A stretch of DNA of 63,655 nucleotides, filler included, from Phoronis australis (GCA_002633005.1; 9 parts of 9 records of this genome joined end to end with filler, not necessarily neighbours in it); one strand, 5' to 3'. Positions 26,191 through 40,800 are shown, counted from the whole stretch's first letter. Made by a program: numbers and translations. Notes: generated from the letters alone by a model not told the origin.

Positions 26191-26835
26191 CATTATTCAG
26201 ATGAGAAGTGATTCCTGAGTTGACAAAGAACTGACAATTCGTTGAGAACTTTCTCTGCGCATAAAATGACATGCAATGACAAGCAAATTTGTAGATCCTG
26301 ATCTAAAGCAATAATGACTCGTCAGTTCTTTCGAAAGCCTGACATTACCTGCAAATTGACGAAGGAACAATTTGAGATAATTTCATGAAGCCAAGTAGTC
26401 GAAACCAAAAGTTGGTATATGTGACAACAGAGGGCGTTACAGCCGTTTACAGTTTAAAGTTAAATCAACATCAACTACTTTTTAACGGACAAGTCGTGTT
26501 TCACTCATTTAATTGTAAAAACATGACTCTTTGGTGTAACTAAATCACAGGTGTTTCACAAGTAGGCGCATGGTGTCACAAGTAGGCGCATGGTGTCAAC
26601 TCTGGATATAGACACTGCCTCACACATAAATAGTACGTACATGAACACATGAACTGGATGCGTCAAAAATAATCAGGCAAAATGATAACGAATTACCCAT
26701 CATTACGACTGAATACAGCCAGAAGTCGCCGTGACGACCACTGAGTGCAACCATATATCATCACCAGATTGGCTGGAATAGGAGAATGGAATTGCATCTG
26801 ATTATTTTAGGCGCGTAATTTAATGAAGAACTCAC

Positions 26836-29800
26836 CACAAACAAACTATCTGCTGCCTCCATGAACAGCCAACCAGAGTTGTGACCAAATGTTTTCTCAC
26901 TTGTTCTAAAAAGACAATTGTTTAAATCATGCCTCATTGACAAATAAAAAACTGGATAACTGTCAAGACAGGTTTCAGATTTTGAGAACCAGTTTCCTCC
27001 ACTGAGTAATGGGAATCAAACTGGTTCTCAAAATTTGGCACCCCAATAAGTGACTAGTGTCCAAATTGTAAACAATTTGTGTGTGCATCAAAGCACGCAG
27101 CAACAACAACACTGTACAACAATTATTGTGATTTTTTCATAATTATTTAGCAATATTCATCACCAATAACTGTTCTAAAAATAATAATTCTGTTCTTTAG
27201 TGCATTAAGTTTCAGTGCTCATCAGATGACACTTATCAAATCTGAATTGTTGGAATTTACTCGTATTTCCAGTTAAAAATTCTTCAATTTGGGGCAAAAT
27301 TAAGAGTTTTCTATTGTTCATAGGGTTACAACATCTGTGCGAATAAACTACTTTTGTCAAATGTTGTCTGGTGACAGATATACTAATAACAAAACATAAT
27401 AAAAAGTATCGAATTTCCGGAATTTTTAGAGAAAACTGACAGGTAAAATTTGCCATAAAGTGTCTCAAACCAAAAAATTTTTGCCATACACACAGTTTGC
27501 AGAAGTCGTCATGTTCCTGATACATTTTTCTCTCATTAATCATTTAAATTACACATATTAATTCAAACGATTTTTAAATTCATTTGGGTAATTTATCATG
27601 CTAATGAGATCCCAACTGAGCACAGTTGACACATACATTAAATCGGAGTAAAAGTACACTTGACATCCTATCGTGAATTTCAACTAGATCATGACCTCTG
27701 ACCCCGACTGCTGACACTTACCTCAGAGAGTTGACGAGATTGAAGAATGTAACACAGTCATACTGGGTGAGATAACTGAAATAAAAAATGACCAAAGGGA
27801 AGGTAAAGTCTACTTTTTATCACAAATTTTATCTGAGTAGCAAACACTGTTTTATACTGCCAAAAGCAAAAGTCAGACAGTGTCAGCAAAATGACTTATA
27901 GACAAGTTAATGTACATGTTATTGCTGCAGGCTGGATACTGGGCCGATTATTTTGATTCATCTGATAAATAAATGTACACTATCAAACAAATTAATTTTT
28001 CAACAATCACATCCAAAAAATTTAGTTACTCTCATCTCCGGCAGAACAATCTACTACCATGCTAATCACTTCACCTAACAGAATAATAATCCACCAGATG
28101 GTGTTTCAGGGCCAAGTGTGTTATTTCACAAATGTCTTCTCCAATAGACCTTTTCATGAAGCGCCCTCTATTGCTGATATGCTTGGTTTGCCCTCGCCAT
28201 TCTTATAAAACCTATATGTAACTGGGACACACTTTATTTAATATCAAGGACAAACCTGCAACACCAGTTGTTACTATACAGTAATGGTAGGCAGGTGAAA
28301 CACGATCTCACCGTGTATTTTCTCATCTGGATGGATTCTATTGCTCTGCTTATTTCATCATTAAGACAACACAATTGACTTAAACAACACTCACCGAAGC
28401 ACCAATCTTAACGTCTTTAAATCTGACACCAGTTGCTTGGTCTTCGGTCCAAGTTGGTGCCAAACAGGATCGAGTTGAAACCGTACAGTTCGATCAAAAC
28501 ACTTGGTCAAAGCGTTCTCTGTGGTTATGTCTTCCATATCCAACTGAAAAGGTAGCCATGGACAAATCTCACAAAACAGACTGAAATTTTTCCAGAAGCA
28601 TTGTACGTAAGTGCCAAAAAGGTCACATTTTTAATGAATATTCTGAAAAATATAACGTTAAATAATTGGAGAAAAGCCCAAAAACCGACAAAAAGCATCC
28701 TATCTGGGCGTAAGGTCACAAGTGAGAGCAAGTCTATATTTAATAGATTTCATAGACCAGCTAGTAACTCCGGTCATCATGTTTGATCACCGGCCAACTT
28801 GTTATAGCATCGGCCATCATGTTTTGGGTCCAGCCGACTATTTTTTGGGTGAGGTCATCGCATTTTGAAGTCCGAACAGCACCTTTGATCACTGGTCATC
28901 TGGTTTTGCAGTCCAGCCGACAGGTTTTGAAGTCCGGACAAAAGTGGTTCTGAAGTCCGACCAATGGTTGATTCCCGCCCTTGATAACGGAAAGTGCTCT
29001 AAATGAAAATTTTTTTTACGGTAGCTGGGTTCATAGCATGTCTAAGCGCTAGGCATGTTGGTAAAATGCCACTAAATGGGCCCCTTGAACAGACTACAGA
29101 TTCCACCCATAGCATCTGCGTACACCACTCACCGATGGATTACATCGCTTGAGCTCCTTGATACACGCGCTGATAATGTCCAGTAGCGACATCTGGCAGG
29201 TGGACATGGCCGTCGTCATAGGGATGTGCAGCTCAACAACCTCGGGCTGAATCAAAGGAGAATTTGTTCTATATTAGTATTTAACAAATAGTTAGAATAT
29301 GATGACAGTGTAGTGACTGGTTATCCTTTGGTATTAACAGCATGTGAATTACCATTGGTGCTTTTCAAGACAGAGATTAGAATAGGACGGCTCCGGATTA
29401 GAAATACGGTAGGAATACGCATTGTTACATTGGCCTCATTTTGAAAATGTCAGGTTAATTTTAGAAATGATGGAAAATAGCACATCCACTGATACTTTTA
29501 AAGTTTATTCAACTTTCTACTGTTGGAGTTGCAGCAAACAGCAAAATAAACTTTGATGGCATTGGAAGGACGAATTCAGTTAATGTGGTCGAGAACGACT
29601 TGAAAAAAGCACAAAGCACTCCAACGGTGCAAAAACGAGGCTAGAGAACTGGTTGACAGCTGCTGCTGCAGCACAGTGGGAAAATACCACAAGATTCAAG
29701 TGTTGCTGTAAAATCCAGAAGTGGCATGTAGCATATTTTAGGTGATGAAACAGACTACAGTTAAAATTCTACACTTTACGACACAATATGGTGCATGTGT

Positions 29801-32800
29801 GAAATTTCATTTTGGGGAATTTCTCAACAAAAATATGCAGGAAATTTTATGTAGTTTTAATCTTGGTGGTCCATACTGATAGATGTCAAAATTACATTAA
29901 CTCTACTTGGTATTGCACAGAACACCATGGCAATGTAACACTAGGCGTAAATTAAAATCGATTTCTGTCCTCTAGTCTTACCGATAGTAAAATATCCCTG
30001 AGACTCAAAACAACTTATACCTAATCAGACAAAACTATTTTTTCTCATTGACAATTCTAAAATTAAAACAAAAATGAGTGCAACTTGGCAATGAAAAGCG
30101 GAAAAAATAAAATATCACGCCGTCTTACCTATTTCTAAGTAGTGACGGCAGGACAAGGTAAAACAAGTATGCCATTACCTGATGCTTTTCAAGACAGGCC
30201 AACACGGAAGCATGGAACCTGGGCCAGAGGAAGAGCTTGCGTACAAATAGGTTTTTCATCACGCGCTCCACCTGGCAGAAACCTGAAGTGAACGACTGGG
30301 GCGAGCCAGAGAAAGCTTTGATGAAACCCGTCTGCAAGAAAAGCAACTCCATTTTGTTTCAGTATATCCTGTGACATACATTCTTAGTCGGGTTAAGGAC
30401 GTCTGGGTGAAACAATGGGGTCCTTTTTCTAGGCTAAGTCTAAGTTTGACTGGACACAAATGAGTTTTGAATTTATAAGCACTATCGACTTTAAATGCAT
30501 TTGAAGGAAGCTGGTTATTCAAGTTATTGTTTACTCATCTCCAAGAATTACACCTGCTTACAGTCATTTTATTTCAGGTATTTTCTTAGACTGACAATTT
30601 CCAAGTGATTACATTACCTTGTTCTTCTGTCTGTACAGTCTTAGTATAAATGCTTCTTGACAAGATTCAACAATTCTGTAAGAAAATGGTATGCTTTAAC
30701 AACTGGAAAACAGGATGTTTTTCTTAATAACTGGAAAACAGGACGTTTTAACAACTGGAAAACAGGGCGTTTTTAACAACTGGAACACAGCTAGTCTATT
30801 AAATGTGCAATGAAATCTTATTGGCTGAAAGACACTGGCTGTGTTTCTGACAATTTTTCAGGTTATATAGGACCATATCAACAAGTCTACATTTTCAGCA
30901 AATATCTACAAAACTATACAGTTTAATCAGTAAATGTATACATTTTCTGACAAAAGAAAACTTGTAGAATTTGTTTTTTAACACTTTTTGCCAATCTGAC
31001 TCAATTGGGTCACGCGACCATGTCTTTTTGTAAAAGTTTGCAAAAAAGGAAGACAAACTGACAACAAAACAATGGTATTAATAACAAGATGAAATTATAC
31101 TTCATATAAATGTTCAAGGTGAGAACTAAAAAACAATGTGACGGTTTTTTAAAATGTAACTTGTCTTCTGTTTCATGCAACTTTACTTTTTCCATGAAAA
31201 TTGTAAAAGTCTTCTTTTTCATAGTCGCTCATATAAAAGTGGAACACTTTAAAAAAATTCCAAACTGCATTTTGAAGAACAGTGTATAAAGCATAGAAAC
31301 TGTAAAAGTATAAAATAAATGCAATCAGCCATTTCTGAGATACGTTGCGAAGTTAGCCAAATTTGGATATTTTTCTCCGGACCTACATTATCTTAAGCTC
31401 CTGGAGTCAATGGCCAAGAAAAGTGTTCAGTGAGATTTCAAACAACCTTCCCGTTCGTAACTAGGATAGAAATGTTAAGACTTGAAACTGTCTGAACTAT
31501 GTATGATACACAGTGCTCTTTCATTTGCAGGATAATGAAGTAAAAACCCAAAACATAAGAAAAAATAGCTAGGTTTTATGACTCCATAAATTAATCTTGG
31601 TTTTTTCTGCATTCTAGCAGCATTATTCTTAGCATTCTTTCACTTTGCTGCTGCCGCTGCCGCTGCCTATGAACTCTACGGCAAAAAATGTATTCACATA
31701 AAGGTGATAAGAATTTATCGTTATACTTCTCGCATTTTTTCTGTATTCAAACTAAGATCCTCGCATAACTGCACCTTCAGGATGTCAATAAAACCCAGGA
31801 TTTATGATCTGTATTTTTCCACAAAGAACATGGCTTGCTACCTGTTGTTTAACATAAAATATCATCAATTTCGTTCAAAATAATGATAAATTGCCTTTTC
31901 ACCATTTTTCATTCCGTTTCTAACATTTTTTCGAAACCTTATTAGTACTGAAACAAGGAAAATCATTTATTTGGTGCTATATATCTTTAATGGATAAAAA
32001 ATGATAAGATAAAATTTCCCTTGTCAGCCATATTGTGTCCTAAATTGTAAGAGTTTACAGTCCTACAACGCATAACTTAGCAATCACTTTCTTCTCATCA
32101 CAATCATGGCCAAAAGCTGCTTCAAACAGTCAGTGAACTCACGTGTTAGCTTTGGTGACAATGACGCCACTGACCAGTGCTGTGGGAAGGCGGTCAGTCA
32201 GTAGGTCCACCACCAGTATTCGTGAGGTGACGAATAGGACCCCACCCTGCAGATAAGTGGCTCTTCTGTAAAGGAGATAAGTATTTCTATTCACTAGTTT
32301 TAGATTATGGTTTGCAATATGGTTGTCAAATGGAAAGAGGCTAGTTCCATGAACAAACACTAGATGGAGTTATAAGCACCTGTAACTGCACCCTCAATTA
32401 ATGAAGTTTGCTGCAAGAAAAACAGCTCCATGGTGACGACAGAACATTGCAGTAAAATAAGAATTAAAAAGTACAGCTAAAAATTATCCCTTTTAGATCT
32501 CAACAGGATATTTCCAGATGACTAAATAAAAATTCGATGAGATGCAAGTCTGTCAATAACACCATTTACTCTAAATTACGGACGAAGAAGTCAACTCAGA
32601 TATGAAATAAATAAATCTCACCGTTCGTTAACACCAATTTCATTAGTAACAGACTTGGGTAGGGGCTTAACACCTTGCTTGTTCAGTTCTTGTATGAAAT
32701 ACTCCTGAGGGAAATAAAAAAAGTTTCATTGTGATTCCAAAAGTAAACACTATCAACCAGAAAGAAGAAATTTCAAAGATGCCGTTGTCTACCAAACTTC

Positions 32801-34491
32801 ATCAATTCAATACGCCACTTGTCGAGTGGGGTAAGGGGGTTAAGCTGCACCAGAGTTAGACTGAAACCATGCGGGTTTCAGGTTCAATTCCACACCAAGA
32901 CTGATCTCAGAGAATCCATTTTCTAGCTAATAATGTTCCTTTAAGCATTCTTCTAAGAAAAGTGTTTAGTTCCTTGTTTGATTCAAAAGCGAGATTTGCA
33001 GCAGCTGTAACCTTTTGATCTAGGTTAAATTTGGAGATTTTGACTTTGATTTCAGCCAATGGCAGACGTGTGTGTGTGTGTGTGTGGGTGAGTGTGGGTG
33101 GGTGTGAGTGTAAGTTAAGGCAATAAATTCAGCAGTTCATGCGCGTCAGGAGACACACTCCGTGGTTCAGACACCAAGATGTTCATGTACCATTAATACA
33201 TTAAATGTGTTCACCTCTTCTTTGGCACTCGTATTCAACACGAGCACAAGCGTACTCTGATCGCTGTACAGCTTCAGAAAGTTGAGCAGTATCCGATTAA
33301 TTCCCAACCCTCTGAAAAATAAAAATAAATCATAAATGAGATTCTAACATAATACCGATAGTTTTACTGCAACATTTTTCAGCAGACAAGCCCAAAGTGC
33401 ATATTTCAAAATATCAGTTAAGTGACCACCCACATACATATATTTGGAAGTGACAAATATTCACTCAGTCACATCGATACTGTAGCGAATCCACAAATTG
33501 AAACCACAGAAGCAAATACACAACATTGTCACAATGTAGGGTTAGTCCCAGAGGTCGGAGTTCAAAGTTGAATACAAGATATAATGCTTTCTATTGCTAT
33601 CTGATCTTAGCTAAAATTATTGAGCATTATATTTTTCGTAACAAAATGTTTTGAAAATTTACTTCAATCAAGGTTTTGGTGTCCACTGCCAATGAAACAG
33701 CAGAACCTTTTAGGATTGAATCATACATATTTTTCCCAAACGTAGGACCTGGGTATATCTACAGAAAACTATTCACATACAGGCCAGCTTAAGATCAGCC
33801 TGTCTGCAGAAAAGTGTAGTACAAGTGATACCAACAATCAGCAGTACTAACAAAAATAACACGACAGTTAAAGACCAAACTGTGAACAGTTAGTGTCAAC
33901 AGTTTCAAGCTTTACAAATTTGCAGAATGCCAAAATAATTAAAAGTACAAATTAAAAAAGTGCAACTCACTTGCTCTGGAAGCACTGAAATATCATTTCC
34001 CTAACTTAATGATTTATAGTTTTTGCATCCAGTATTTCACCTATAGATGAATGACAATATCCATCCTTTGAACAAATATTTGTAGTTATAGTAGAACATG
34101 CCTTCAATTTTGCAATGAATTGCAAATTTTTTTTCAAAAGTCAATTATACTCTTAACATGCTCAAAATTTACATGTTTTGATTTATGATTTGTACAGTGC
34201 AAAATTTTTCTTCATTTTTATACTTGGGACATCTGACATTCTTAATTTTAAAAATTCCACTTGATTGCATGTTAAATAGAACATTTTTGTTCCATTGGAC
34301 TAAATTCACTTTTGATGAATTGGATTGAGTTGTATCTTTAAATAATCTATGTTTATTGCAAAATTCAAGAACTAGACTACGACAAAATTGACGAACTCAA
34401 CCACGACAGTCAAAACTCACTTTGCCATGATAAGGAGACCATCATCATGGAAACAGTCCAAAAATATCTGCTGCTCATATTCTAACAACAT
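26836..34491 (-). CDS. ERCC4: DNA repair endonuclease XPF, N-terminal helicase-like half; exons 34491-34421, 33311-33215, 32704-32622, 32265-32143, 30675-30618, 30331-30179, 29246-29133, 28543-28395, 27775-27722, 26905-26836
   Basis: Ten phase-compatible GT-AG exons translate as [36 protein letters not shown]...[22 protein letters not shown]...[24 protein letters not shown]...[20 protein letters not shown]...[23 protein letters not shown]...[13 protein letters not shown]...[13 protein letters not shown], matching XPF. Exons for the nuclease and HhH domains were not found. Confidence 0.97.
30697..30790. repeat. Short minisatellite, ~25 bp x 4
   Basis: TAACAACTGGAAAACAGGA(T/C)GTTTT repeats just upstream of the ERCC4 exon 5 acceptor. 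Confidence 0.8.
33068..33110. repeat. (GT)n microsatellite
   Basis: GTGTGTGTGTGTGTGTGTG followed by degenerate GGGT/GAGT units. Confidence 0.85.
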
Positions 34492-35383
34492 AGTGATGGT
34501 GATCCTTGGTGCACTGCCACTCCTGTCGTTACATGGATAATAACCCTGATCTGTCACATTTTTATGAATACCGTCTCAAGGTTTTTGTCTCACCTTCACT
34601 TTTGCCTAAAACAAAACCAATGAGAATGTCTGAACATTAACTCAGAATTAATTAACTTTGTGAAATGAGTGGGAGTTGTTGGAAGACGATCTCCACCAAT
34701 GTTCTGTAATTGCATAAGAAATTGTTGTATAAGAATTGCATAAGCAATTGTTGTATAAGAATTGCATAAGCAATTGTTGTACAAGAAATAATTGATTGCA
34801 TCCTCTAGACTTGGAACGCATTCACTCTCTTTCTTTTTGCTGTACCTTGCCTTATATGGGCATGCTACTTGTGTGTATATGTATTGATGTGACCATAGAA
34901 AAATATGCACAATGTCCCACCAATCAACAACAGGAGTGCAGAGAGAATTTTCTTGATTATGTTAATGCATAAATAATTGGCAAATCTACAGCATTTTTAT
35001 CCAGGGACCTATCTTACCTGAGGGTGAGGTGAAAATCCTCCCATGTTTGCCACCAATACAAGAGACTATGGAGGTTAAAAGTGATTCTAAGTAGGGGATA
35101 AATTTTTTAATCCTCCAAGGGTAGTTTTTGGGCTTGATGAGGGGAATTTTGAGTGACTTTAAATTATTTTTCAGGGAAGAATGGAGCCCATATTCAGCCC
35201 CAAAATCTAGGCACTAAGGCCCCTACCATCTCACATGAAGTCAAGTCAAGTCTCTTACACCGTTCTCGGATTTTTAGAACAGTTTGATGCTCAGCAGAGG
35301 AAAGTGGTTCTCAAAATGCAGGACATCTGTATCTGACTATTTCCAAGTACACTGCACTTCAATTAGGGTCTCCCATAGCCCAC

Positions 35384-37009
35384 AAATGAGTTCCGACTAG
35401 CCGGCACAGGCTATATGTTATGTAGCCGTAGCCCGGCGTAGGACGGTGGGGCCTAACAGTTTGTGTATGTACAATCACACGTATGAGAGCCAGATCTACT
35501 GTTATTCCCTTTTAGCTTCTTCAAAATGTGTGGTTTTGCTAACCTTGTTGAGAGGTTAAGATGCTGATTTCACAGCAAAGAATTTTGAAGTAGTTAAAAA
35601 CAACTGGATGTGCTCACAGATCTTTCAAGGAGGCCGCCATGTTCTTTTAAAAACTCTCGATACCGTAATCAATACCATTGTTTTGGGTTGTGTTTTACCG
35701 TAACACCTCATAAATAAGACCATAAATTACTTAGGAAGGAGCATTTAAAATATTTCTATTTGGAACACCTTGGATATTTTTGTAACCTAAAAATCACCCG
35801 TAAAATTTTGGAGTTGAGGCTACACAATACTCAAGGTGTTCAAAGCCATATAGATCTCAAGCCCTTAGAGTTTCAGCCGGGTTGCACGAAACAGTCTCAA
35901 CTAAGTTCCCTTTATTATTTGCCTATCTGTGTCTTTGCTTACAAAACAGATTTAATGTTTTTACCGTTTCATCTTGATTACGAGCTCCTCTTTTAATAAT
36001 GAAATTTTCTAATAACATAACTAAAAACTGAGGCCTGAATTCAATGAAACTACGCGGAGGACTTAGTCCTTTAAATTAGGGGTGTGGCATATGATCCTTA
36101 TTTTTCAATAATTCAACGTCAAGTTCACTTTAAATGTGTATCAAAACCAAAAATCGACTTNTGACAAAAATCTCAGCTCGCATTTCCAAATTTCAGGTCG
36201 CAAATGCGACCTGCAGCTCGTTATGTCGAGCCCTGAAATGAGTTCCGACTGGCCGGCACAGGCTATGTTATGTAGCCGTAGCCCGGCGTAGGACGGTGGG
36301 GCCTAACAGTTTGTGTATGTACAATCACACGTATGAGTGCCAGATCTACTGTTATTCCCTTTTAGCTTCTTCAAAATGTGTGGTTTTGCTAACCTTGTTG
36401 AGAGGTTAAGATGCTGATTTCACAGCAAAGAATTTTGAAGTAGTTAAAAACAACTGGATGTGCTCACAGATTTTTCAAGGAGGCCGCCATGTTCTTTTAA
36501 AAACTCTCGATACCGTAATCAATACCATTGTTTTGGGTTGTGTTTTACCGTAACACCTCACAAATAAGACCATAAATTACTTAGGAAGGAGCATTTAAAA
36601 TATTTCTATTTGGAACACCTTGGATATTTTTGTAACCTAAAAATCACCCGTAACATTTTGGAGTTGAGGCTACACAATACTCAAGGTGTTCAAAGCCATA
36701 TAGATCTCAAGCCCTTAAGTTTCAGCCGGGTTGCATGAAACAGTCTCAACTAAGTTCCCTTTATTATTTGCCTATCTGTGTCTTTGCTTACAAAACAGAT
36801 TTAATTTTTTTACCATTTCATCTTGATTATGAGCTCCTCTTTTGATAATGAAATTTTCTAATAACATAACTAAAAACTGAGGCCTGAATTCAATAAAACT
36901 ACGCGGAGGACTTAGTCCTTTAAATTAGGGGCGTGGCATATGATCCTTATTTTTCAATAATTCAACGTCAAGTTCACTTTAAATGTGTATCAAAACCAAA
37001 AATCGACTT
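35384..37009. repeat. ~775-bp direct duplication (35384-36160 and 36236-37009), probably uncollapsed haplotypes, covering the putative ERCC4 promoter/first exon
   Basis: Two near-identical copies separated by a single N (36161) and the 3' end of a CAGGGCTCGAC-type MITE. Each contains, on the - strand, AACATGGCGGCCTCCTTGAAA(G/A)ATCT|GTGAGC. Confidence 0.85.
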
Positions 37010-37399
37010 AGTAATGAAACTAAAACACCCAAAGAAATGACAATCGGTGGCACAAATCGGCACAAATTAATACTCCGGTACTGAGAACAGCTGGTGATCG
37101 ACTGAACGTGCGACCCATGCAATCGGCTGGCCGGGCGGCATGCCGACGTGCTGACGCTCAAGCCAACCGAGTCAGTTCGGCTGTATTGCCGTCATTTTTC
37201 CGAGTCAGGGTGGCATCTGCCAATAAGTCACGACGACCGCCTGCCGTGTTGCCACTCGCTAAACCATGACATTAGGCTCCAAAATAAACTTGGCAATACG
37301 GAGTCTGAACCAAAACTTGGCAGTCATTAATTGTATCAAAGTGAAAAACAACAAGTTGCGACTGAGGTATCAGTTGTTATGATATCACCTATAAGAAGC

Positions 37400-37601
37400 A
37401 ATTGCACTGAGGCGGTCAGATACACGTTGTACCAGAAGTGTGCAGGCCCCAGTGGGGCCCATTGCACAGATCACCGGGCCCAGAACTATTTTTGTGCTTT
37501 ATTAATATATACTTAAAACCGACTGCTGAGGAGCTAGAAACCTGGCTCAAGGGTTTAACAGTGTGACCTGGTGGGACTCGAACCCACGTCCTCGAGTAAA
37601 G
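37400..37601 (-). mobile_element. tRNA-derived SINE (same family as 13804-14010), 5' end cut by the gap
   Basis: Reverse strand has B-box GGTTCGAGTCC followed by the body shared with the 13804 copy. Confidence 0.78.
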
Positions 37602-37867
37602 NNNNNNNNNNNNNNNNNNNNNNNNNNNNNNNNNNNNNNNNNNNNTTAATTAATTAANNNNNNNNNNNNNNNNNNNNNNNNNNNNNNNNNNNNNNNNNNN
37701 NTGATTAGCTGTCAACGACCAACAAACATACGATGACAACTTTCTCGTCACTTTCCCTCAAATAGCTTTCATAAGAGTAGACAGTGATGAATGGTTCAAC
37801 ACATTTGCCAAAGATTATGTCATACAATTCTGAAAGTTTTGGAAATTATAAAATTACTATCTCGTAC

Positions 37868-40800
37868 CTGGACCGTCATCGCTGACGTGGCCACCTTCTT
37901 TGCAATCAATGAGTCCAGATAAACCGACATTCAGTGATCCTGCTTCTACGTAAAGTGATCCAGCTTGAAACGTACCGTTTACGATGACATTCCGACTCAT
38001 ATAAATTGTGGAGTTAATGGCCCCTTTTCGTATCACAGCTGGCAATCCCTGATATTCCAAATCAAATGTTCCGAAGATTTCAAGAGAGTATCCAATGAAC
38101 GCTGTTTCTCCAGTCATAGCGGTGTAGGATTGTAATCTGCCATCTATTATAGTTGTATTTACTCTAAATTTGTCCTTTGGTTCAAACTCCATATTACCGC
38201 CAGTCTCTACTGACCATGTAAGCCATCTCTGACCAACTGAAAGCAAGCCTGCCAACACTCGGCCACTGACTACCAAATGATCAAGGTTAAAAGAGGATGA
38301 CCTGTTGCTTGACCATCCACGTTTGCTATGATCAGACATCGAATCGATTTTTGTGTAACCGCCAAGAGTAACCATATTCACTCGGACATTTGTCTTGCCT
38401 TCAAATACAATTTGATGACGGAACTCGACATGAGCAGTGCTCGTTTGGGTATAGTCGTCGACTTTTATGGTCACATTGAGTTGGTCTGTTTTTGTAGTGC
38501 CACCTATGGTTATGTTATTTACTTGAAGGTCCATATCGCCTGTGAAAAACTGGCTATTGTCATCTTGTACCAGATTTCTGGCTAGAATTGCCGACTGGCC
38601 GTTCCAGGGACCATTAGGGTGTTTCGTATTAGCGTCAAACAGTACGTTGCCATTTGAACCAATATGTACCTCCTGCGTGTTGTCTCTTGATCGTCCTCTG
38701 ATGTTTATTGGTAAGTAAGACTTCACAACCCCATCAAAGGATATCGTATCAACATGCAACGTATTAAGCAGATGAAAGGTTAGTGTTGAACCAGATATCG
38801 TCCTTAACTCTTCAAGTCCCCTTGGCAAGACTAGAGCACCGGCATGGAGAACGCCACCAATTTCAAATCGTACCGCCGTAATAGAAGAGTTGTTATTGCG
38901 TGTTCTTTCGGGTGATCCTCCCTCGGTGTCGAGAAGAAGTGTTCCGCGAGGAAGCACACTCAAACTCAAAAGTTCCAGATTGTTATGACCTCGTAAGCTC
39001 ACGACATTAAAGATCTCAAGTTGTCCACCAACTACAATCTGGTCACACCGAAACTCTTCGATCTGTGAACAATAACACACATGACTAGCGAGACAATAAG
39101 AACATTATCAGTGCTGTAGTGGTAGAAGTAGAGGTAAGTAGGCGCCCAAAGCCCACCGCACCACCTTGAGGACTGAATGTAACTTACGGTGCGTAGACGC
39201 GACGTTCAAATGCCAAAAGGTGGTTGGCTGCGCCTACATGCGCCTACGCCCCACTACAGCACTGAACATTATAGTTTCGGAAACATAGAACTGAATGATA
39301 CAGGTTAAGAATAGCCACAGCATAAAAATATACTTACAATGCGTGTTTCCATCAGTCCACCCTCTTTTATTTCTAGTGAGTTCCATCCGCGGTTTGCATC
39401 CACCTTAGGTTTTAGCTGCCCTGTTTTGAATGTTCCTGCCACCACTAACGAATGCACTCCCATGGTTGACACCCCAGTCCAATTACGTGAAGCTTGCTGT
39501 TTGGAATCGAATATAACCGCGCCATTTGATTTGATGTCGAAATTTGTGATGTCATTTCGACTTCGACCAAGCAGTGTTAGTGGCTCGTATGACATGAATG
39601 ATCCTTCGATATCGAGGACATCGATATAAATAGAAGAAAATGGATGAAACGAAAACTTTGAGCTTCGACCCATTTCTAGCTTCTGTAGCCCTGTGGTAAG
39701 ATTCAGACCCGCTGCATGAAAAGACCCATGAATGATAAAAATAAAAGAATGAATCTCAGAAGCATACGTTCTGTCTTGCTCGTCCGGACCACTGTCCGTA
39801 TCAAGTGAAACAGAACCACCAGCCAGAACAGTAACGTTCAGGGAAGTTTCGGAAGTAAGACCACGCATCACCACCGTGTTATAAATTTCCAGTTTTCCTG
39901 AAATAACTAACAAATTGCACCACAGCTCATCACCAGCCTCAAATGCAAAAACTCCGTTGGAAGCAACTTCAACGTAGTCCCAGCCAGTTGTTGGGGTTAA
40001 TTGAGGTTGCACGAGACCAGCTAGGAACTGGCCACTTATTACGGCAGAGTGGAACCCAAGCACCGAAGAGGCTGACCAGTTATGGGCGTTTTGCCTTGCT
40101 GCGTCTAGTTCAAACGTTCCCGTTCGATTTATCCGTAGAAGCTCCGTTCTCAGTCTCGATTTACCTGAAACAAAAATACACCATTGAAGATCAGTATATG
40201 GTATTTGTTTTCGCAGGAAAAGAGAAGGTTACAATGGAGAAATACAATTACTTATTCGAAGTCGACGTTGAGCTAGACAACATCTTGGAAGCATATGGTT
40301 TCACAGCAGGTGTTGAGGTAAGTCTTTTATTACAAAAAGATAGGCAAGACGCATGTGCCGTTGGGTTTAATTATTCAAGTAATCAACTTGTACATGGTCA
40401 AATATGTGGTTTTACGTAATGCGCATCATTATCAGAAAATTATACTATTTCAGTTATAGAGAGAAAAAGCTGGAAATACTCCACCTTTCAGTGTTATGGA
40501 GGTATTTATACGCACACCTCCCGCTATGTCCAGTTGGTCCGTGATAAAATCACCGATTATCCCAGCCACCAGCGTTCCTCCGTTGCCCACGTAAAACAAG
40601 TCTGTTCCATTGCCAACAGAAAGATGGGGAATACTGGTATAGCCGTTAATTGTAACTGTTTTGGCGTTCAAGACTGTCATTCGACTATTGTTGTTTCGGA
40701 GCGTGTTGTCAGTGTTCAGCGACATTTTCCCGGTGTTGCTGATGGTAAATGACACGATTCTTTTATCAGTGAGTCCGTAAAATTGAACTGAATTGGAGAT

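Noticed and set aside
32815-32900. tRNA-like A/B boxes in ERCC4 intron 2
   Set aside because: I could not form a cloverleaf; probably a decayed SINE head, not a tRNA gene.
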